From Dehalococcoidia bacterium (GTDB lineage: Bacteria > Chloroflexota > Dehalococcoidia > Plut-88900), in contig CBDBLV010000005.1 of assembly GCA_965207225.1 (NCBI GenBank), positions 960,001 to 1,024,000 on the forward strand: a stretch of DNA of 64,000 nt, given 5' to 3'. The notes beneath the pieces were generated by a model, which was not told the origin of the DNA, searched no databases, and worked only from the letters and a program-made list of their open reading frames with translations. Positions 59,716 to 64,000 of this stretch are shown here, piece by piece (position 1 is the first letter of the stretch; the number at the start of each line of letters is the position of its first letter). The position numbers and the translations under genes were made by a program.

Positions 59716-60579
59716 TTGCCCAGCACCAGGGAAATACGCAGACGAATCCGCAGTGTGGAAAACACTGCGAAGATAACCAAGGCCATGGAAATGGTCGCGG
59801 CATCCAAGATGAAGCGCGCCCAGGACCGGGTCCTCGCCGCCAGACCTTACGCCGAGAAGATGGCCGAAATTCTGAGCCACCTCGCCTCCCAACCCTCGGA
59901 AGACGACGTGGTCCACCCGCTTCTCCAGAAACGAGATGGCGACCGGGTCTCCGTAGTCCACATCACCCCCGACCGGGGCCTGTGCGGCGGCCTGAACGCA
60001 AACATCAACCGCTCCACCAGCAGTTACATTCTGGGCTCCAATGGAGCATCGGTGTCTCTGATTACGGTCGGGAAGAAGGGTCGAGACTTCATGGGCCGTT
60101 TTGGCCGGGATATCAAGGCCGTCTTCTCAGACCTGGGAGACAGGCCGGGTGTCGAGGACATCCTCCCAATAGCCCGGATAATCATCGATGAATATTCGGA
60201 GGCCCAGGTTGACAAGGTCTATCTGGCCTACAGCCGGTTCGTAACTACCACCAACCAGGTTCCCTACATGCAGCAAATCCTTCCCGTGGAACCGGCAGAG
60301 GTTGGGGAGATGAAGCAGGCGGGCTATATCTACGAACCCGACAGCGCCACTGCCCTCAGTGAGCTTCTCCCCCGATTCGTGGAGATGCAGGTATACCACG
60401 CCGTCCTGGAATCCATAGCCAGCGAGCAATCAGCGCGCATGGTTGCTATGCGCAACGCTACCGACAACGCCGCAGACATGATCCAGGACCTCACCCTTGT
60501 ATACAACAAGGCCCGACAGGAAATGATCACTACCGAGTTGCTGGACATCACCGGCGGCGTCGTGGCCCTGGAGGGATAG
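59716..60579 (+). CDS. atpG: ATP synthase F1 subunit gamma
   Basis: KITKAMEMVAASK, DRGLCG, SEQSARM.AM, NKARQ..IT.E. Confidence 0.98.
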   Translation: MPSTREIRRRIRSVENTAKITKAMEMVAASKMKRAQDRVLAARPYAEKMAEILSHLASQPSEDDVVHPLLQKRDGDRVSVVHITPDRGLCGGLNANINRSTSSYILGSNGASVSLITVGKKGRDFMGRFGRDIKAVFSDLGDRPGVEDILPIARIIIDEYSEAQVDKVYLAYSRFVTTTNQVPYMQQILPVEPAEVGEMKQAGYIYEPDSATALSELLPRFVEMQVYHAVLESIASEQSARMVAMRNATDNAADMIQDLTLVYNKARQEMITTELLDITGGVVALEG

Positions 60580-60594
60580 TCCCCGCATTTCACT

Positions 60595-60834
60595 ATGAGT
60601 GTTCAGCGCTGGTTAAACGAGATTCTCGGCTACCTGGCCGACAACCAGTCCCAGGCCTTCGATGCGGGCGCTCTGGCGACAAGGGTCAAGGGAAGGAAGA
60701 CTGATAGTCTCGCCGGCCTGAGCGACTCGGACTTTCACAAGGCGCTGCGATCCTTGGAATCTTCCGGCTCGGTTATCTCAAGAATTTTCAACGGCAAAAA
60801 GCACTACTCTCACAGGTCCCCATCCAACAGATAG
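60595..60834 (+). CDS. Small hypothetical protein, winged-helix-like, between atpG and atpD
   Basis: 79-aa ORF exactly filling the atpG-atpD gap; IL.YL..AF...LA..F.KAL..L...G.V..R..NG..HY pattern. Confidence 0.7.
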   Translation: MSVQRWLNEILGYLADNQSQAFDAGALATRVKGRKTDSLAGLSDSDFHKALRSLESSGSVISRIFNGKKHYSHRSPSNR

Positions 60835-62247
<1,413 letters not shown>

Positions 62248-62261
62248 AGGTAGAGAGAGAA

Positions 62262-62696
62262 ATGCCTCTACAATTCGAAATCCTAACCGCCGAGCGTCGG
62301 GTCTATTCCGATGAAGTGGATATGGTCATCGCTCCTGGCCAGCTTGGTGAGCTAGGTATTCTGCCCAATCATGCTCCCCTACTCACCCCCCTCCAACCCG
62401 GAGAACTTCGCATTAGGAAGGGTTCTGAGGAAGTTGCGATAGCCGTCTCCGGCGGGTTCCTGGAAATGTTCCAGGACCAGCTGACCATCCTCGCCGATGC
62501 TGCAGAGAGAGCGGAGGAGATAGACGTGGAGCGGGCCGAGCGGGCCATGGCTAGGGCGCAGGAACAAGTCAAGTCCGCCGCATCCGACGCTGATCTTGCC
62601 GTGGCTCTTGCGGCGATAAGGCGGTCGCAGCTGCGCATGAAAGTTGCGGAAAGGCGCCGGCGGCGGGGTGGTGGGGTGCCATCGGCTCGACCTTAG
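62262..62696 (+). CDS. atpC: ATP synthase F1 subunit epsilon
   Basis: GELGILPNHAP, VSGGF, ILADAAE..EEID. Confidence 0.97.
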   Translation: MPLQFEILTAERRVYSDEVDMVIAPGQLGELGILPNHAPLLTPLQPGELRIRKGSEEVAIAVSGGFLEMFQDQLTILADAAERAEEIDVERAERAMARAQEQVKSAASDADLAVALAAIRRSQLRMKVAERRRRRGGGVPSARP

Positions 62697-62784
62697 GCCT
62701 TTCCCCCTGCAGACGAATCGGGGCTCCAGCCCAATGATCCTAGTCCCTTTCGAAACTTCCCTCGAGGCTATTCGCTTAGCGCTT

Positions 62785-63414
62785 TTACCCTTCGGCGGAC
62801 TTCAGGTGGAAAGTGAGGGTCTGCAGAGAGAGGACCGGGTCAATGTTTCGGACCCACACGCCCTCGGGGACCTGAGGTGAGGTCGGGGCGTAGTTCAGGA
62901 TGCCTTTTACGCCGCTTTCAATCAGAAGGTCCACCACACCCTGTGCGTGCTCCTCGGGAACGGCGACAATGCCGATGTGGACGCCCAGGTCTCGGATTAC
63001 GGGGCCAAGATCCGCCATGGCCCGAATCTTCACACCGTCCAAATCCGTTCCCACAAGGCTTGGCGAGGCGTCAAAAATAGCTACAACCTGGAACCCTTCC
63101 CTGGAGAATCCGGGATAGCTGATGATTGCCCGCCCCAACCTGCCGATGCCTATGAGAGCGGCTTTCCATTCCTGGTCCAAACCCATAATGGTCCTGAGTT
63201 CCTGGAGCAGGTACCCGACGTTGTACCCCCGACCTTGCTTCCCGAATCGCCCGAAATAGCTGAGGTCTTTGCGGATTTGCGCAGGTGTAATCTGAAGTTT
63301 GTCACCAAGAGCGTGGGAACTGACGACTTCGATGCCGGAGTCCTGAAGCTGGGTCAATGCCCTGACGTAGAGCGGCAGTCGTAGTACCACTACGTCGGGA
63401 ATAGCGCCATTCAT
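62785..63414 (-). CDS. rex: Redox-sensing transcriptional repressor Rex
   Basis: RLPLYVRAL, QIRKDLSYFGRFGKQGRGY, IGIGRLGRA, GILNYAP. Confidence 0.96.
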   Translation of the reverse strand: MNGAIPDVVVLRLPLYVRALTQLQDSGIEVVSSHALGDKLQITPAQIRKDLSYFGRFGKQGRGYNVGYLLQELRTIMGLDQEWKAALIGIGRLGRAIISYPGFSREGFQVVAIFDASPSLVGTDLDGVKIRAMADLGPVIRDLGVHIGIVAVPEEHAQGVVDLLIESGVKGILNYAPTSPQVPEGVWVRNIDPVLSLQTLTFHLKSAEG

Positions 63415-63527
63415 GGTGGAGCAGCCTGGTCCTTTCCTCTGGAGTACTTCACAAGCGGGAGCTGGTCAGTTGTGGGACTCGGCAAATTTGCCGATTGTGA
63501 AAAATTGCCCTAACCCGCGGCAAACTA

Positions 63528-63556
63528 ATTTTAGGACGGGCGTATAAGGTCGTCAA
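63528..63556 (-). promoter_or_regulatory. rex promoter
   Basis: TTGACG-17 nt-TAAAAT on minus strand; TTGTGAA half-sites downstream of it. Confidence 0.65.
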
Positions 63557-63659
63557 TAGAGATGAGGTATCCCTTCACTTGGAAGGAAGGGGCATCCACC
63601 GCAAATCGCGTCTATAAGCAGTTTGCAGGGATCCTTGAAGCGTGAGGGGGAGGTAGGGA

Positions 63660-64000
63660 CTAGGTCCCGCGGATTTCGGCGGCCAGCTGGGAGAAGCCAG
63701 CCGGGTCACGGAGGGCGATGTCGGCGAGGGTCTTACGGTCCAGATCGATGTCGCGCTGCTTTAACAAGTGCATAAACTTGCTATAGGAAAGACCTTCGCT
63801 GCGGGCGGCGGCATTGATTCGGGCGATCCACAGGCGCCTGAAGTCGCGCTTCTTCTCGCGCCGATGCCTGTAGGCGTAGCTCAGGGACTTGAGCATGGCT
63901 TCATTGGCCCTGCGGAACAGGGTGCTCTTGCTAGCCCTTTGGCCTCGAGTCAGCTTCAGGATTTTCTTGTGTCGTCTTCGGGTTGTCGGTCCGCCTTTTA
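63660..64000 (-). CDS. rplT: 50S ribosomal protein L20 (start beyond window)
   Basis: [39 protein letters not shown]. Confidence 0.96.
   Translation of the reverse strand, partial: KGGPTTRRRHKKILKLTRGQRASKSTLFRRANEAMLKSLSYAYRHRREKKRDFRRLWIARINAAARSEGLSYSKFMHLLKQRDIDLDRKTLADIALRDPAGFSQLAAEIRGT

Overview
GC-rich bacterial window. Gene order and protein character suggest Chloroflexota, probably Dehalococcoidia/SAR202-like (inference). Most of it is core genome: prfA-prmC; a SAM/methylthioadenosine cycle cluster (mtnA-mtnP-rhodanese-ahcY-metK-PMM-PGI/PMI); the complete str-S10-spc-alpha ribosomal superoperon without tuf, plus truA-rplM-rpsI; a five-tRNA cluster (Trp, Leu, Gly, Cys, Leu); etfBA; a second EF-G-like GTPase; the full F0F1 ATP synthase operon; rex; and rplT. 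Accessory catabolic genes are interspersed. The region that ordinary genes do not explain is 44.4-46.3 kb. It holds a ~465-nt densely folded element closed by a 13+4+5-bp terminal helix. The element sits between two copies of a mosaic of palindromic repeats, downstream of a near-consensus sigma70 promoter, and is crossed by a single stop-free frame ending in a small gene preceded by phased direct repeats. It is the best candidate for an undescribed system (large ncRNA or structured mobile element). Other notable items: a two-state RNA switch before ahcY-metK, candidate Rex boxes at etf/atp/rex, a winged-helix-like gene inside the atp operon, a large insertion in ATP synthase subunit a, a solo Cas4-like nuclease next to a 3-TM protein, and acidic extensions on ribosomal proteins. 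All assignments were made by eye; no database search or folding program was run.
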